Source of the DNA: TPA_inf: Saccharomyces
Lineage: Eukaryota
Reading direction: 5' to 3'
Length of the DNA stretch: 64,000 bases
Assembly: GCA_000146045.2 (NCBI GenBank)
Contig: BK006941.2
Location: 32,001-96,000, forward strand
This document shows, in pieces, positions 1-11,306 of the stretch. The number at the start of each line of letters is the position of its first letter. Position 1 is the first letter of the stretch. The notes below the pieces were generated by a model. That model ran no database searches. It saw nothing but the letters and a program-made list of their open reading frames with translations, and was not told the DNA's origin. Both the position numbers and the translations under genes were made by a program.

Positions 1-635
1 ATGATGAACTCGTGGAGGAACAACCATCGGACGCCCGTATACGCAACGTGGCAGAGACTTTAATGAAAAGCGAATTGCCCAAAGTCACCGTGGAATATAA
101 AGATACTACATTTCTGTTGTTCACGTCGGATGATAAGAACGAAAGTAACAACCCCATAATATGTGAAAACGCTGCTCTTTATCAGCGACCCATGGGGGAA
201 TTCATGGAATCCATTCGTAAATTTATGGGAAATCGTTTTGGCAGGTTGGCTTTTGCTACGAAGGAGTTGGTTTTACAACTGAAAAGCCTCGATTTGACCT
301 TGTTCGAAGATAATGTCTACAACAACCATATTTCATTCAGCGATGTTTATACTATATTTAAAATCCTGAAGGAAAGATCGGAGTCTAATTTTGAAACTGA
401 TATACCGACGCACTTGGCTATTGAATTAAGTACAAGGCCAAGATTTGTCTCTCGGTACAACGCCTTGGTTGAATTAACTGAAAGCTCAGCTACGTTGAAA
501 AACATAAAGCCATTTTCTAACGATGAAACGCATCCCTTAATTGTGGATGACAATGACCAATATACACACCAGAATACTTCAGAAGTCATTGTAATGGACA
601 TAGATGATGACGTAGGTGAGGATTCTGAAGACTAA
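1..635 (+). CDS. RMR1: C-terminal part of an ORF entering from upstream of the window (reading frame with codon starts at 3,6,9...). By position immediately upstream of ZIP2 this should be RMR1 (YGL250W), a meiotic recombination protein. The protein is acidic at its C-terminus.
   Basis: Open frame runs from the window edge to the stop at 633-635. The track's 'start' at 12 is a GTG, not a real start. The name is inferred from synteny (gene preceding ZIP2 on chrVII-L), not from recognising the sequence itself. Confidence 0.5.
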   Translation, partial: DELVEEQPSDARIRNVAETLMKSELPKVTVEYKDTTFLLFTSDDKNESNNPIICENAALYQRPMGEFMESIRKFMGNRFGRLAFATKELVLQLKSLDLTLFEDNVYNNHISFSDVYTIFKILKERSESNFETDIPTHLAIELSTRPRFVSRYNALVELTESSATLKNIKPFSNDETHPLIVDDNDQYTHQNTSEVIVMDIDDDVGEDSED

Positions 636-1097
636 AGTAGCCATGTTTAATCAGCACTGATCGTGGGAAATCCTGATGTCCAACGGTGAGTTTCTGATTT
701 CCCAGTCACGGATTCCTTTTGAGAATCTTCTCCCGCGAATAAATTATTGGCTCTGTGTAATATTTAAGGTCGCCTTCTTTTTCGTTTGTATAGTCAGCAG
801 TTAAGTATTCATTAATTTTGGATGATGCAAAGGTCCATATTCGATTTCTGATAGCCCTTCCCCCTTTTTTGTAGCGAATTGTATTATTGTTTTGTATTGT
901 TTTTTCGTCATTTTCTTCAATTTTTTTCAAGTTTTACTTTCGGAAGAATTGCTGAAAGTATTTTCTGTTAGGATATGTAAAATACAAGCATAAAATATGT
1001 TTCAGGAGAAGAAAATCACTCAATAGTGCCACACCATTGTTAACGAGCTCGAGTAATTGAATCAATTTAGAGAAATAGATCATATTACAAAAATACT

Positions 1098-3212
1098 ATG
1101 ATTATTGAACGTTGGGAAGTAAAGTTATCTAAATGTAACCAAAATGTGGGCGGCTATTCTGTTCTGTCAGGAAACTTAAAAGAAAACATCAAACTGGGAA
1201 GACGAGCACAAAAATATTTGAAAGAGCTAAGAAATTTGCAACTTAAACCACTGAAAATCGGAGGGTATGAAAACTGCGGCACGATCAATGGTGAAGAGTA
1301 TTTTTTGGAGGTAATTCACATCACCTCTGGAAGACAAAAAATAGATGTAGCCGTTGGCAAAACATGGAATGTGACTAACATTGAGAATGACAACAAAGAA
1401 GAACTACAGTATGAGTTATTCAAGGAAAAGTTAAAAGTCGGGAAACAGGACATGTTATTTTTTAGCTGGATGAAAAGTCTTTCAGTTCAATTAAATGCTC
1501 CTCTTCACCAAAAAATGACGGAACACGGTTTGGCAGACGATAACACGAGGTTAGAGTGGTTCAACATCCCACTTCTCAGAAGAAGTCAATACAGGAAAAA
1601 GGTACCATATCCGAGTTTAAGACAAATGTCCTCTGTACTGGAAGTGCAATGCAGCACACTAACGGAGGAAAAGTTGAACTTCTGCGTTGGATTTTCTGAT
1701 AAACCTTTGTCAGAATGGAAGCCCCAAATTTTTGAGCAAACCTACAATAGATACCGTTTACAACGGATCTCACCTGAGAAATCTTTCAAATATAAGAGTA
1801 GGTGCAGTAAGTACAATTTCAAGACCAGTTCGCAAAGCTGGGTTGTGAAAGTCCCAGAACATGATCAACAGCTTAATACGTTTGAAAAACGTTATGATGA
1901 ACTCTTTGATGCTCAATTTAATAAACTAGAATTTTTTAAAATAAGAATGAAAAAATTGAAAAAGAATAAGCCAATTGAGAAAAAGAACTATAAAATATGG
2001 TGTCTAGAAAAAGAAGACCTAAAGGATTTGGTATGGGATCCTCTGAAAAGAATTTGCAATCATTCTAGGTATGCAATATTTGAGCATGTTACCATAAATA
2101 GGGAGGCCTATTCGATCAAACCATTAAGGTTAACTTTTCAAAAATTAGATTCCGGCTCCCTTGACCTGATCGATAATCAAAAAAAGACGTTTGGTAGTAT
2201 AAAGCTTGCAATGAGTATGCCAGATGTAAAAAAAACTGAAAATCAGTCAATTGAAGAAAGTGAAAGACACGATGAAACTGCTATTGAAACCCAAGAATTT
2301 GATGAAAATGATTGTCTTTCATCTAAGGCGGATATTAATACATCATTAGCTCCTCAAAAGAGATCTTTCATCGATAATGAACTAATGTCCATGTTAGTCA
2401 CCAAAAAAAAAATAAAGAAGGACAAGGATGTTAGTGACACCGGTATATCTTCCACTTCATACTTGATAAATTCTGGGACATATGCAAATTCTCATATTGA
2501 AATTCCTACCTCTAATTCAGTTTACAATGGAAAGGAAGATTGCTCATTTAATAACTACTCAGTAAAGCATTCAATATTGGAAGAAGATATTGAGAATAAA
2601 TGCATAGCCGTAAATGAAAACAAGGTGATTGAGAACCAAAAGGTAATTCAGTCATTATGTAAAAATTCCCATCTAGACCTTATCGAACAATCTTACTTTG
2701 GCGAATGCGATTTCATTATAAACCATTCAACATGTGTATATAAAATTCAGGCGAGCCGATTTATGCAACTCAGAAATAACGGCTCATTGCATTACGATAA
2801 AGCGGTAAACGATCTTTTAACTGAATTTCAGAGAGTCATTATAATTGTGGAGTTTTCTGAAATAATACAAGACGTTGATCCTGATCTTTTCTGGAAAATC
2901 AAACTTTATTTATTGAATTCACGTGTTGATGTTTTTTTCATTCATGAGACTACTGACTTTTTTATTGATTGGATGAAATATTTCATTGCAAGATGGGCCT
3001 TTTCATATAACGATGAGAAAGAAAAAAATATTGCAAATGCCGATATTCTTCTAGATTTGGGATTTAACATCCTCTTAGTACGGAAAATTTTCCAGACATA
3101 TAGTCTCGAAGAATTTTTTATGGCAATAATAAAGGAAGAAAGCAAAGCTGTTAAAATGCTTACGGTTTCACAAATGACTCGCCTGAAGAAGTTATTAACC
3201 TTAGAATGGTAA
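1098..3212 (+). CDS. ZIP2: ZIP2, meiosis-specific synaptonemal-complex initiation protein, 704 aa
   Basis: ATG at 1098. The 704-aa length matches ZIP2 and its position between RMR1 and PDE1. Lys/Asn-rich low-complexity protein. Confidence 0.8.
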   Translation: MIIERWEVKLSKCNQNVGGYSVLSGNLKENIKLGRRAQKYLKELRNLQLKPLKIGGYENCGTINGEEYFLEVIHITSGRQKIDVAVGKTWNVTNIENDNKEELQYELFKEKLKVGKQDMLFFSWMKSLSVQLNAPLHQKMTEHGLADDNTRLEWFNIPLLRRSQYRKKVPYPSLRQMSSVLEVQCSTLTEEKLNFCVGFSDKPLSEWKPQIFEQTYNRYRLQRISPEKSFKYKSRCSKYNFKTSSQSWVVKVPEHDQQLNTFEKRYDELFDAQFNKLEFFKIRMKKLKKNKPIEKKNYKIWCLEKEDLKDLVWDPLKRICNHSRYAIFEHVTINREAYSIKPLRLTFQKLDSGSLDLIDNQKKTFGSIKLAMSMPDVKKTENQSIEESERHDETAIETQEFDENDCLSSKADINTSLAPQKRSFIDNELMSMLVTKKKIKKDKDVSDTGISSTSYLINSGTYANSHIEIPTSNSVYNGKEDCSFNNYSVKHSILEEDIENKCIAVNENKVIENQKVIQSLCKNSHLDLIEQSYFGECDFIINHSTCVYKIQASRFMQLRNNGSLHYDKAVNDLLTEFQRVIIIVEFSEIIQDVDPDLFWKIKLYLLNSRVDVFFIHETTDFFIDWMKYFIARWAFSYNDEKEKNIANADILLDLGFNILLVRKIFQTYSLEEFFMAIIKEESKAVKMLTVSQMTRLKKLLTLEW

Positions 3213-3652
3213 ATCCAGCAAGGATCGTTACCCGGTAAACTATTTATACTACGCCTGCCTCTTTCGTTCTTCGACTACATGCTACAGTTAGTAAATTCAA
3301 CCAAGGAAAATGTATTTATTAACATGAACTAGCCACCTAATTAACCCTTACCTTATTTTTTATACCCTTGGATCATCGGAGTATCTGTAGATCATATGTT
3401 AACGTATGTATAATATTACATCTGTCACAATAAACAACCCGAAAAAAATACCGCACGGAAAATGAGTTACTGATTAAGATGCACTTTTTGGTGAGGGTGC
3501 GTGACTTGAAACTAAAAATTACCAATAGTCAAACCCTTTCCATTTTCGAGGGAAGCAATATCTGAAATTTATATTTTTAGAAATTTCCAAGAGAAAGTGG
3601 CTTTTAACGAGGTTCTTCTTCTTCATCCCCTTTTTTACCAATATTCCTTTTT

Positions 3653-4762
3653 ATGGTTGTATTCGAAATAACTATACTTGGGGCCAATGGAGGACCCACC
3701 GAATACGGAACACAGTGTTTTATACTTAAGCCTGCTAGAACAGAGGATCCAGAATTAATAGCTGTAGACGGTGGTGCAGGAATGTACCAGCTACGGGAGA
3801 TGTTGGTCCAAGGGCGAAATGAAAATGAAGGTGATGATGAGCTTGTTCCAAGCTTTTATGAACATGATCGAGAGCCAATAGAGTTTTTTATTGATTCCAA
3901 ACTGAACATACAAAAGGGATTATCCAAGTCCTTGCTACAATCATTAAAGAGGCAGGGAGAGCATTTTGAAAGCGCCAATACAATGAAGAAAACTTACGAG
4001 GTTTTCCAAGGAATTACCGACTACTACATTACCCATCCCCATCTGGACCATATTAGTGGGCTGGTAGTAAACTCCCCCTCAATATATGAGCAGGAAAACA
4101 GTAAAAAGAAAACTATTTGGGGATTACCGCATACTATTGACGTTTTGCAAAAGCATGTCTTTAATGACTTAATATGGCCAGATTTAACGGCAGAACGTTC
4201 AAGAAAATTGAAGCTAAAATGCTTGAATCCGAAGGAAGTTCAAAAGTGCACTATCTTTCCTTGGGATGTAATACCGTTCAAAGTTCATCATGGGATAGGC
4301 GTCAAGACTGGCGCGCCGGTATACAGCACCTTCTATATCTTCAGAGACAGGAAAAGCAAAGACTGTATAATAGTTTGCGGAGATGTTGAGCAGGACCGCA
4401 GAGAATCTGAAGAATCTCTACTTGAAGAATTTTGGTCTTACGTTGCTGAAAATATACCGCTTGTGCATCTCAAGGGTATATTAGTCGAATGTTCATGCCC
4501 ATTATCTTCCAAGCCCGAGCAATTGTATGGTCATCTATCTCCAATATATTTAATCAACGAATTATCCAATTTGAACACTTTATACAACAGTAGTAAGGGA
4601 TTAAGCGGTTTGAATGTTATCGTTACTCACGTTAAGTCAACACCTGCTAAAAGAGACCCAAGACTAACCATACTCGAAGAGTTACGATTTTTAGCTGAGG
4701 AGAGGAACTTAGGAGACTTGAGAATATCTATTGCGCTAGAAGGCCACACTTTGTTTCTATAA
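3653..4762 (+). CDS. PDE1: Low-affinity cAMP phosphodiesterase, class II PDE, 369 aa
   Basis: ATG at 3653. Class II PDE metal-binding signature 'HPHLDHISG' is in the translation. Length is 369 aa. Confidence 0.85.
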   Translation: MVVFEITILGANGGPTEYGTQCFILKPARTEDPELIAVDGGAGMYQLREMLVQGRNENEGDDELVPSFYEHDREPIEFFIDSKLNIQKGLSKSLLQSLKRQGEHFESANTMKKTYEVFQGITDYYITHPHLDHISGLVVNSPSIYEQENSKKKTIWGLPHTIDVLQKHVFNDLIWPDLTAERSRKLKLKCLNPKEVQKCTIFPWDVIPFKVHHGIGVKTGAPVYSTFYIFRDRKSKDCIIVCGDVEQDRRESEESLLEEFWSYVAENIPLVHLKGILVECSCPLSSKPEQLYGHLSPIYLINELSNLNTLYNSSKGLSGLNVIVTHVKSTPAKRDPRLTILEELRFLAEERNLGDLRISIALEGHTLFL

Positions 4763-4932
4763 TGTACACAACGTCAATAACATAATACTACGTAGATGAA
4801 AAGCGGAAAAATTCATTACCCGGGAGCAAGCAAAATACTAGTAGTAACTAATGAAACTTCTTTCCATTATTATTGATGAGTTAACTTATGTAGACTCATC
4901 TTTGAATCCCCTATCCCAACATAAGTCCCGGA

Positions 4933-5526
4933 ATGGAACTCCGTAGTTTTTCTAGACAGCCTGATGGCATACTTGCTAACCCAAGATTGGGAAGGGAGGA
5001 AGTATTGGAAGGTGAACATCCGCAAGATGCTAGATTAGCCCGACAAAGCATTTGGTTGAGCCCAAGTTTAATTGCGGAGTATATACAGCTTTTTTTCAAT
5101 TTTATTATAGGAACTATAGGACTGTCTCTTGCTATTAAATTCATTTTGATGATAAGAAACGATGTTAACTTAAAACTGGAGCATAACGTGAGGGAAGAAT
5201 TAGATAAAATTGCAACTTGCAAATCAAGGTATTTTGAAAACCAGTGCGAACCTCATATGAGGGTTCCAGCATTGGAGGTACGTTGCAATGAATGGTCAAA
5301 ATGTATGAACAAGGAAATAGTGTCTGGCTCCGATTACCAATGGGCTAAAGCATGGGCTCGTACTCTGGCGGAGGTAATAAATGCTTTTTTTGAAGCGTTC
5401 AGTATACGATCTTTCCTTTTCATTTTAATTAGCATAATAGGTATAATATTTGTTACCAATACGAGTTTCGGATCATACAGGGTTTATCTCAATAATAAAG
5501 ATACAAAATCGGTTCGCCATGCATAG
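4933..5526 (+). CDS. BRR6: Nuclear-envelope integral membrane protein BRR6, 197 aa
   Basis: ATG at 4933. 197 aa with hydrophobic segments and conserved Cys. Synteny supports it (YGL247W). Confidence 0.75.
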   Translation: MELRSFSRQPDGILANPRLGREEVLEGEHPQDARLARQSIWLSPSLIAEYIQLFFNFIIGTIGLSLAIKFILMIRNDVNLKLEHNVREELDKIATCKSRYFENQCEPHMRVPALEVRCNEWSKCMNKEIVSGSDYQWAKAWARTLAEVINAFFEAFSIRSFLFILISIIGIIFVTNTSFGSYRVYLNNKDTKSVRHA

Positions 5527-5616
5527 TGTATATAACTTAATCTAATCTGCACATTTATATTATTTAGATCCATACGTCGATGAGGATATGCGCAGGAAAG
5601 ACATAAAGGAATATTG

Positions 5617-6780
5617 TTATTTCAAAGATTTTCTCCACTCCTTAAACCCGTTCGATAATATATGTTCTCCATCAATCAAACCTGAATATTCCTCATCACT
5701 TTCTTCAATTTCGGATAATCTTAGGTGATTATTTTCGAAAACCAACTTAAATGCTCTTATTTGAGAATGAGGATCCTCATCTCTTGGTATCATTTTCAAA
5801 AGCCACTCAGTAAGGAGACCATACCATTTAATGGCTTCTAAACATGCACTTCCAACTTGTGGATTATTGTTCTTTAATAAAACAGGTACTTCCTCCGTTG
5901 AAAACTCTTCCACAGTTTTTAATACATAATGGTCGTCTTTAAAACCATATATGATCCTTGGGATCCCAACTAAGAAGCATTGCAGCCAGGTCCGGAACAG
6001 TTTACGCTCAAACTTATGCGTATCCGATATGTTCGCAACTTGCTGCGTACATTTCAATTCGGCATAATGTTTTAAATTGTCTCTACCGTTTTCTTTAAAG
6101 TCAAATATACAATCCACCTCAGCACCAAGAATTAACTTGCAGTTACCTACACCAGTTCTCACAACACTAATGTATTCATCTCCATGCGATACAATCCTTT
6201 TAGTTCTTTTTTCTATCACTTCACGGGGTGTATACTGCAACGGATTGGAAAGAGTAGCCAAAGTTTCAAACTTGTACCCTGTAAATACATTCAGATCTTG
6301 ATTTATATTACGCCCTGCTTCAGTTGCAGAGGAAGCCTTAGCTGCATTGACAGCTTCAGGCACTTCCTTGATAAAAAGTTGGCCGTTGAATGAAACGATA
6401 CGAAGATCAACTGTATTAAAAGATGGAGAGTCAAATGCACATGAAATTAATTTCCGTGCTATTCCTCTAAAAGTAATTATATCAGCATTAATTTTTTTTC
6501 CTTTATGTCTTTCAGAGCTTTCTATGGTTTCTAATAGCCCACGCAGGGAACACCTGTCTTCAAAATCTTTGTAATAATCCTTAAATTTCTGAAATCCTGA
6601 TGAAAGATCCAACTTCCTGTCCAATTCAGCGTCTGGAAGATAGTAGTAATTCAAATTCGTATCATCGCTAATTAAATATTCTTCATCCTTAGTTCTTGAA
6701 TAGAATCCTATTTCCTTTGGCTGCTTCAGAGCTGTTGTCGACCCTCTTTGCTTTACGAACAAATTTGCACTAACACCCAT
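5617..6780 (-). CDS. RAI1: RAI1, Rat1-interacting decapping/pyrophosphohydrolase (DXO family), 387 aa
   Basis: ATG (reverse complement) at 6778-6780. Length is 387 aa. It is convergent with BRR6 across a 90-bp gap. Confidence 0.85.
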   Translation of the reverse strand: MGVSANLFVKQRGSTTALKQPKEIGFYSRTKDEEYLISDDTNLNYYYLPDAELDRKLDLSSGFQKFKDYYKDFEDRCSLRGLLETIESSERHKGKKINADIITFRGIARKLISCAFDSPSFNTVDLRIVSFNGQLFIKEVPEAVNAAKASSATEAGRNINQDLNVFTGYKFETLATLSNPLQYTPREVIEKRTKRIVSHGDEYISVVRTGVGNCKLILGAEVDCIFDFKENGRDNLKHYAELKCTQQVANISDTHKFERKLFRTWLQCFLVGIPRIIYGFKDDHYVLKTVEEFSTEEVPVLLKNNNPQVGSACLEAIKWYGLLTEWLLKMIPRDEDPHSQIRAFKLVFENNHLRLSEIEESDEEYSGLIDGEHILSNGFKEWRKSLK

Positions 6781-7022
6781 TGGGATACACTATGTTGGTC
6801 TAATATTTCGCTATTCTTTCACCATATTACAGAAGTATTAGTAACATTACCAGACCTCATCTGTTCCTAATATTCTCGAAGTAAATTTTTCAATTTACCC
6901 GAATGCTTACTCTTTTTTTCTTCTTCGTTAAAAGCAAGATAAAGTGAAAAAAATGGAAGATAACTTCCATAAGAATGACGAAACTATTTTCAAAGGTTAA
7001 GGAAAGCATAGAAGGGATCAAG

Positions 7023-9149
7023 ATGCCATCTACCTTGACTATTAATGGAAAAGCCCCAATTGTGGCTTATGCTGAACTAATTGCTGCTCGTATTGTGAAT
7101 GCGTTAGCTCCTAACTCCATAGCTATTAAGTTGGTGGACGATAAGAAAGCACCTGCTGCCAAGCTCGATGATGCTACTGAAGATGTCTTCAACAAGATAA
7201 CTAGCAAATTCGCCGCCATCTTCGATAATGGTGATAAAGAGCAAGTTGCTAAATGGGTTAATCTGGCCCAAAAGGAATTAGTTATCAAGAACTTTGCTAA
7301 ATTATCACAATCATTGGAAACACTAGATTCTCAATTGAACCTAAGAACCTTTATTCTTGGCGGCTTGAAGTATTCTGCCGCTGATGTAGCATGTTGGGGT
7401 GCTTTAAGATCCAATGGTATGTGCGGTTCCATCATCAAGAACAAGGTTGATGTTAACGTTTCTCGTTGGTACACTTTGTTAGAAATGGATCCCATCTTCG
7501 GCGAAGCTCACGATTTCTTGAGCAAATCTTTACTAGAATTAAAGAAAAGTGCTAATGTGGGTAAGAAGAAGGAAACTCACAAGGCTAACTTTGAAATTGA
7601 TTTGCCAGATGCCAAAATGGGTGAAGTCGTCACTCGTTTCCCACCTGAACCTTCTGGATACTTACATATTGGACATGCCAAAGCTGCCTTGTTGAACCAA
7701 TATTTTGCTCAAGCTTACAAGGGTAAGTTGATTATTAGATTCGATGACACCAACCCATCGAAGGAAAAGGAAGAATTCCAAGACTCTATTTTGGAAGATT
7801 TGGATTTATTAGGAATCAAGGGTGATAGAATAACCTACTCATCTGACTACTTCCAAGAAATGTACGACTACTGTGTTCAAATGATCAAGGATGGTAAAGC
7901 TTACTGTGACGACACTCCAACTGAAAAGATGAGAGAAGAACGTATGGATGGTGTTGCTTCTGCCAGAAGAGATCGTTCTGTTGAAGAGAACTTAAGAATT
8001 TTTACCGAAGAAATGAAAAACGGTACTGAAGAAGGTTTGAAGAACTGTGTTCGTGCCAAGATCGATTACAAGGCTTTGAACAAGACTCTAAGAGATCCTG
8101 TCATTTACAGATGTAATCTAACCCCTCACCACAGAACCGGATCAACTTGGAAGATCTACCCAACTTATGATTTCTGTGTCCCAATTGTTGATGCTATTGA
8201 AGGTGTTACCCACGCTTTACGTACCATTGAATATAGAGACCGTAACGCTCAATATGATTGGATGTTACAAGCTTTGCGTTTGAGAAAAGTCCATATTTGG
8301 GATTTCGCTCGTATCAATTTCGTTAGAACCTTGTTGTCTAAGAGAAAGTTACAATGGATGGTTGACAAGGACTTGGTCGGAAATTGGGACGATCCAAGGT
8401 TCCCAACTGTCAGGGGTGTGAGAAGAAGAGGTATGACTGTCGAAGGTTTGAGGAACTTCGTCTTATCCCAAGGTCCATCCAGAAATGTCATTAACTTGGA
8501 ATGGAACTTGATCTGGGCTTTCAACAAGAAGGTCATTGATCCAATTGCTCCAAGACACACTGCTATCGTCAACCCAGTTAAAATCCACTTGGAAGGCTCC
8601 GAAGCTCCACAAGAACCAAAGATTGAAATGAAACCAAAACACAAGAAAAACCCAGCTGTGGGCGAAAAGAAAGTCATTTACTACAAAGACATTGTTGTCG
8701 ACAAAGATGATGCTGACGTCATCAATGTTGATGAAGAAGTCACTTTAATGGACTGGGGTAATGTCATTATTACTAAAAAGAATGACGATGGTTCTATGGT
8801 TGCCAAATTGAATTTGGAAGGTGATTTCAAAAAGACCAAGCACAAGTTGACTTGGTTAGCTGATACTAAAGATGTCGTCCCTGTTGATTTAGTTGACTTC
8901 GACCATTTGATTACCAAGGACAGATTGGAAGAAGACGAAAGTTTCGAAGATTTCTTGACTCCTCAAACAGAATTCCACACGGATGCCATTGCTGACTTGA
9001 ATGTTAAGGATATGAAGATTGGTGATATCATCCAATTCGAAAGAAAGGGCTACTACAGATTGGATGCTTTACCCAAGGATGGTAAGCCATATGTCTTTTT
9101 TACCATCCCAGATGGTAAATCTGTCAACAAGTATGGTGCAAAGAAATAA
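7023..9149 (+). CDS. GUS1: Cytosolic glutamyl-tRNA synthetase with N-terminal GST-like Arc1-binding domain, 708 aa
   Basis: Class I aaRS 'HIGH' motif (…YLHIGHAKAA…). The N-terminus 'MPSTLTINGKAPIVAY' matches my recollection of the GluRS start. An in-frame upstream ATG exists at 6975, 16 codons upstream (see findings). Confidence 0.88.
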   Translation: MPSTLTINGKAPIVAYAELIAARIVNALAPNSIAIKLVDDKKAPAAKLDDATEDVFNKITSKFAAIFDNGDKEQVAKWVNLAQKELVIKNFAKLSQSLETLDSQLNLRTFILGGLKYSAADVACWGALRSNGMCGSIIKNKVDVNVSRWYTLLEMDPIFGEAHDFLSKSLLELKKSANVGKKKETHKANFEIDLPDAKMGEVVTRFPPEPSGYLHIGHAKAALLNQYFAQAYKGKLIIRFDDTNPSKEKEEFQDSILEDLDLLGIKGDRITYSSDYFQEMYDYCVQMIKDGKAYCDDTPTEKMREERMDGVASARRDRSVEENLRIFTEEMKNGTEEGLKNCVRAKIDYKALNKTLRDPVIYRCNLTPHHRTGSTWKIYPTYDFCVPIVDAIEGVTHALRTIEYRDRNAQYDWMLQALRLRKVHIWDFARINFVRTLLSKRKLQWMVDKDLVGNWDDPRFPTVRGVRRRGMTVEGLRNFVLSQGPSRNVINLEWNLIWAFNKKVIDPIAPRHTAIVNPVKIHLEGSEAPQEPKIEMKPKHKKNPAVGEKKVIYYKDIVVDKDDADVINVDEEVTLMDWGNVIITKKNDDGSMVAKLNLEGDFKKTKHKLTWLADTKDVVPVDLVDFDHLITKDRLEEDESFEDFLTPQTEFHTDAIADLNVKDMKIGDIIQFERKGYYRLDALPKDGKPYVFFTIPDGKSVNKYGAKK

Positions 9150-9497
9150 GCATCACATAAGTAATGTATATACATATTTATGTTATTTCTCAACCAGTAC
9201 CTTTTGAACAATATCTTTTATAAGTGAATGGTTTGCTTTCTGAACCAGTCCTGTGTTCGCTGCCTTGAATCATGTAAGGATAGCAGCTTATGACATGTAT
9301 GTCTACCTATAGAACTTTGACTGTAAAAGTTTATCATCCATTACCCGGTTTTGTAATTTTGACAATTTATATTTTATTGAAATTGGTTCAAATAGTGACT
9401 ACGAGCTGGAAGGAAAATATTCAAAGTTACAAAAGGTACTTGAAGGATACCAAAGTTTGTAATTGTATTGCACTAATTTGTTGAGAGCACTATAGAA

Positions 9498-11174
9498 ATG
9501 TCTGATTTAGATGAGGATTTATTAGCCTTGGCTGGTGCCGATGAATCCGAAGAAGAAGATCAAGTTTTGACAACTACATCTGCCAAAAGGGCAAAAAACA
9601 ACGACCAATCTCTTTCCAAGAAAAGGAGAATTGAAGTCGGCAGTGTAGAGGATGATGATGAGGAGGACGATTATAACCCTTACTCTGTAGGAAATGCAGA
9701 CTACGGTTCCGAAGAAGAAGAAGAAGCTAATCCTTTTCCCTTGGAAGGAAAGTACAAGGATGAGAGCGACAGAGAGCACCTGGAATCCTTACCTGAAATG
9801 GAACGTGAGACTCTATTATTTGAAAGATCTCAAATCATGCAGAAGTACCAGGAGAGGAAACTTTTTAGAGCACGTGGAAGAGATATGAAGGAACAACAAC
9901 AGAGAGCCAAGAACGACGAAGATTCCAGAAAGACCAGAGCTTCCACTAGATCAACCCATGCTACTGGGCATTCTGATATCAAGGCTTCAAAACTTTCGCA
10001 ATTAAAGAAACAAAGAGCGAGGAAAAACCGTCACTACAGCGATAATGAAGACGAAGACGATGAGGAAGATTACAGGGAAGAAGACTACAAGGACGATGAA
10101 GGGAGTGAATACGGGGATGATGAAGAATACAATCCTTTTGATAGAAGGGATACATACGACAAAAGAGAAGAAGTGGAGTGGGCTGAAGAGGAGGACGAGC
10201 AAGACAGAGAGCCTGAGATTTCTGATTTCAACAAACTAAGGATCGGTCGTTCATTTGTCGCAAAATTTTGTTTTTATCCCGGGTTTGAAGATGCAGTCAA
10301 AGGTTGTTATGGGAGAGTCAATGTTGGCACAGATAAACGTACCGGCAAAACTTCTTACCGTATGGTGAGAATTGAGAGAGTTTTCTTGCAAAAACCTTAC
10401 AATATGGGTAAGTTCTATACTAACCAGTATTTCGGTGTTACCCAAGGTAAAGACAGAAAGGTTTTTCAAATGAATTATTTTAGTGATGGTTTGTTTGCCG
10501 AAGACGAATACCAAAGGTATCTCAGGGCATTGGATAATTCGCAAATGATTAAACCTTCTTTACATTCTTTGAGTAACAAAACGAAAGAGGTTATGGATTT
10601 TGTCAATACACCATTGACTGATAAAACTACAGATGAGGTTGTTCGCCATAGGATGCAATTCAATAAAAAACTATCTGGTACGAATGCAGTCTTGGAGAAA
10701 ACTGTATTGAGAGAAAAATTGCAATATGCCAAGGAGACTAATAATGAAAAGGACATTGCAAAATACTCTGCTCAGTTAAGAAACTTTGAGAAACGAATGT
10801 CTGTATACGAGAAGCATCATGAAAATGACCAATCTGACATTAAAAAACTAGGCGAGTTGACCTCTAAGAATAGAAAATTGAATATGAGTAACATCAGAAA
10901 TGCAGAGCATGTGAAAAAAGAAGACAGTAATAACTTTGATTCAAAGAGCGATCCTTTCAGCAGGCTAAAAACCAGGACCAAAGTTTACTATCAGGAGATA
11001 CAAAAGGAAGAAAACGCAAAAGCTAAAGAAATTGCACAACAAGAGAAGCTACAAGAAGATAAAGATGCTAAAGATAAGCGTGAGAAAGAGCTACTTGTGG
11101 CACAATTCAGGCGCCTTGGTGGGTTGGAGCGCATGGTTGGTGAATTGGATATCAAATTTGACCTTAAGTTTTAG
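9498..11174 (+). CDS. RTF1: Paf1-complex subunit RTF1 (Plus3 domain), 558 aa
   Basis: ATG at 9498, 558 aa. Acidic/Ser-rich N-terminus, then a Plus3-like region (…[21 protein letters not shown]…). Confidence 0.88.
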
Positions 11175-11306
11175 TAGGCAGGACAATTTCAGTGTTTGTA
11201 AAAATATATTTATATTTATATATTTAAATATACTAAATAAAAATAATACTATCATCGTTGTGATGCAAAAAAAAAAAAAAATGAACAGAAAATAATAGTG
11301 ATGTGA

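Noticed and set aside
940-1097. Searched the ZIP2 promoter for URS1 (GGCGGC) or MSE (CRCAAAW) meiotic elements
   Set aside because: There is no convincing match. 'TTACAAAAAT' near 1085 lacks the conserved C. Nothing to report.
4174-4389. 71-aa ORF in an alternative frame inside PDE1
   Set aside because: Same-strand overlapping frame within a conserved enzyme gene. There is no evidence of function.
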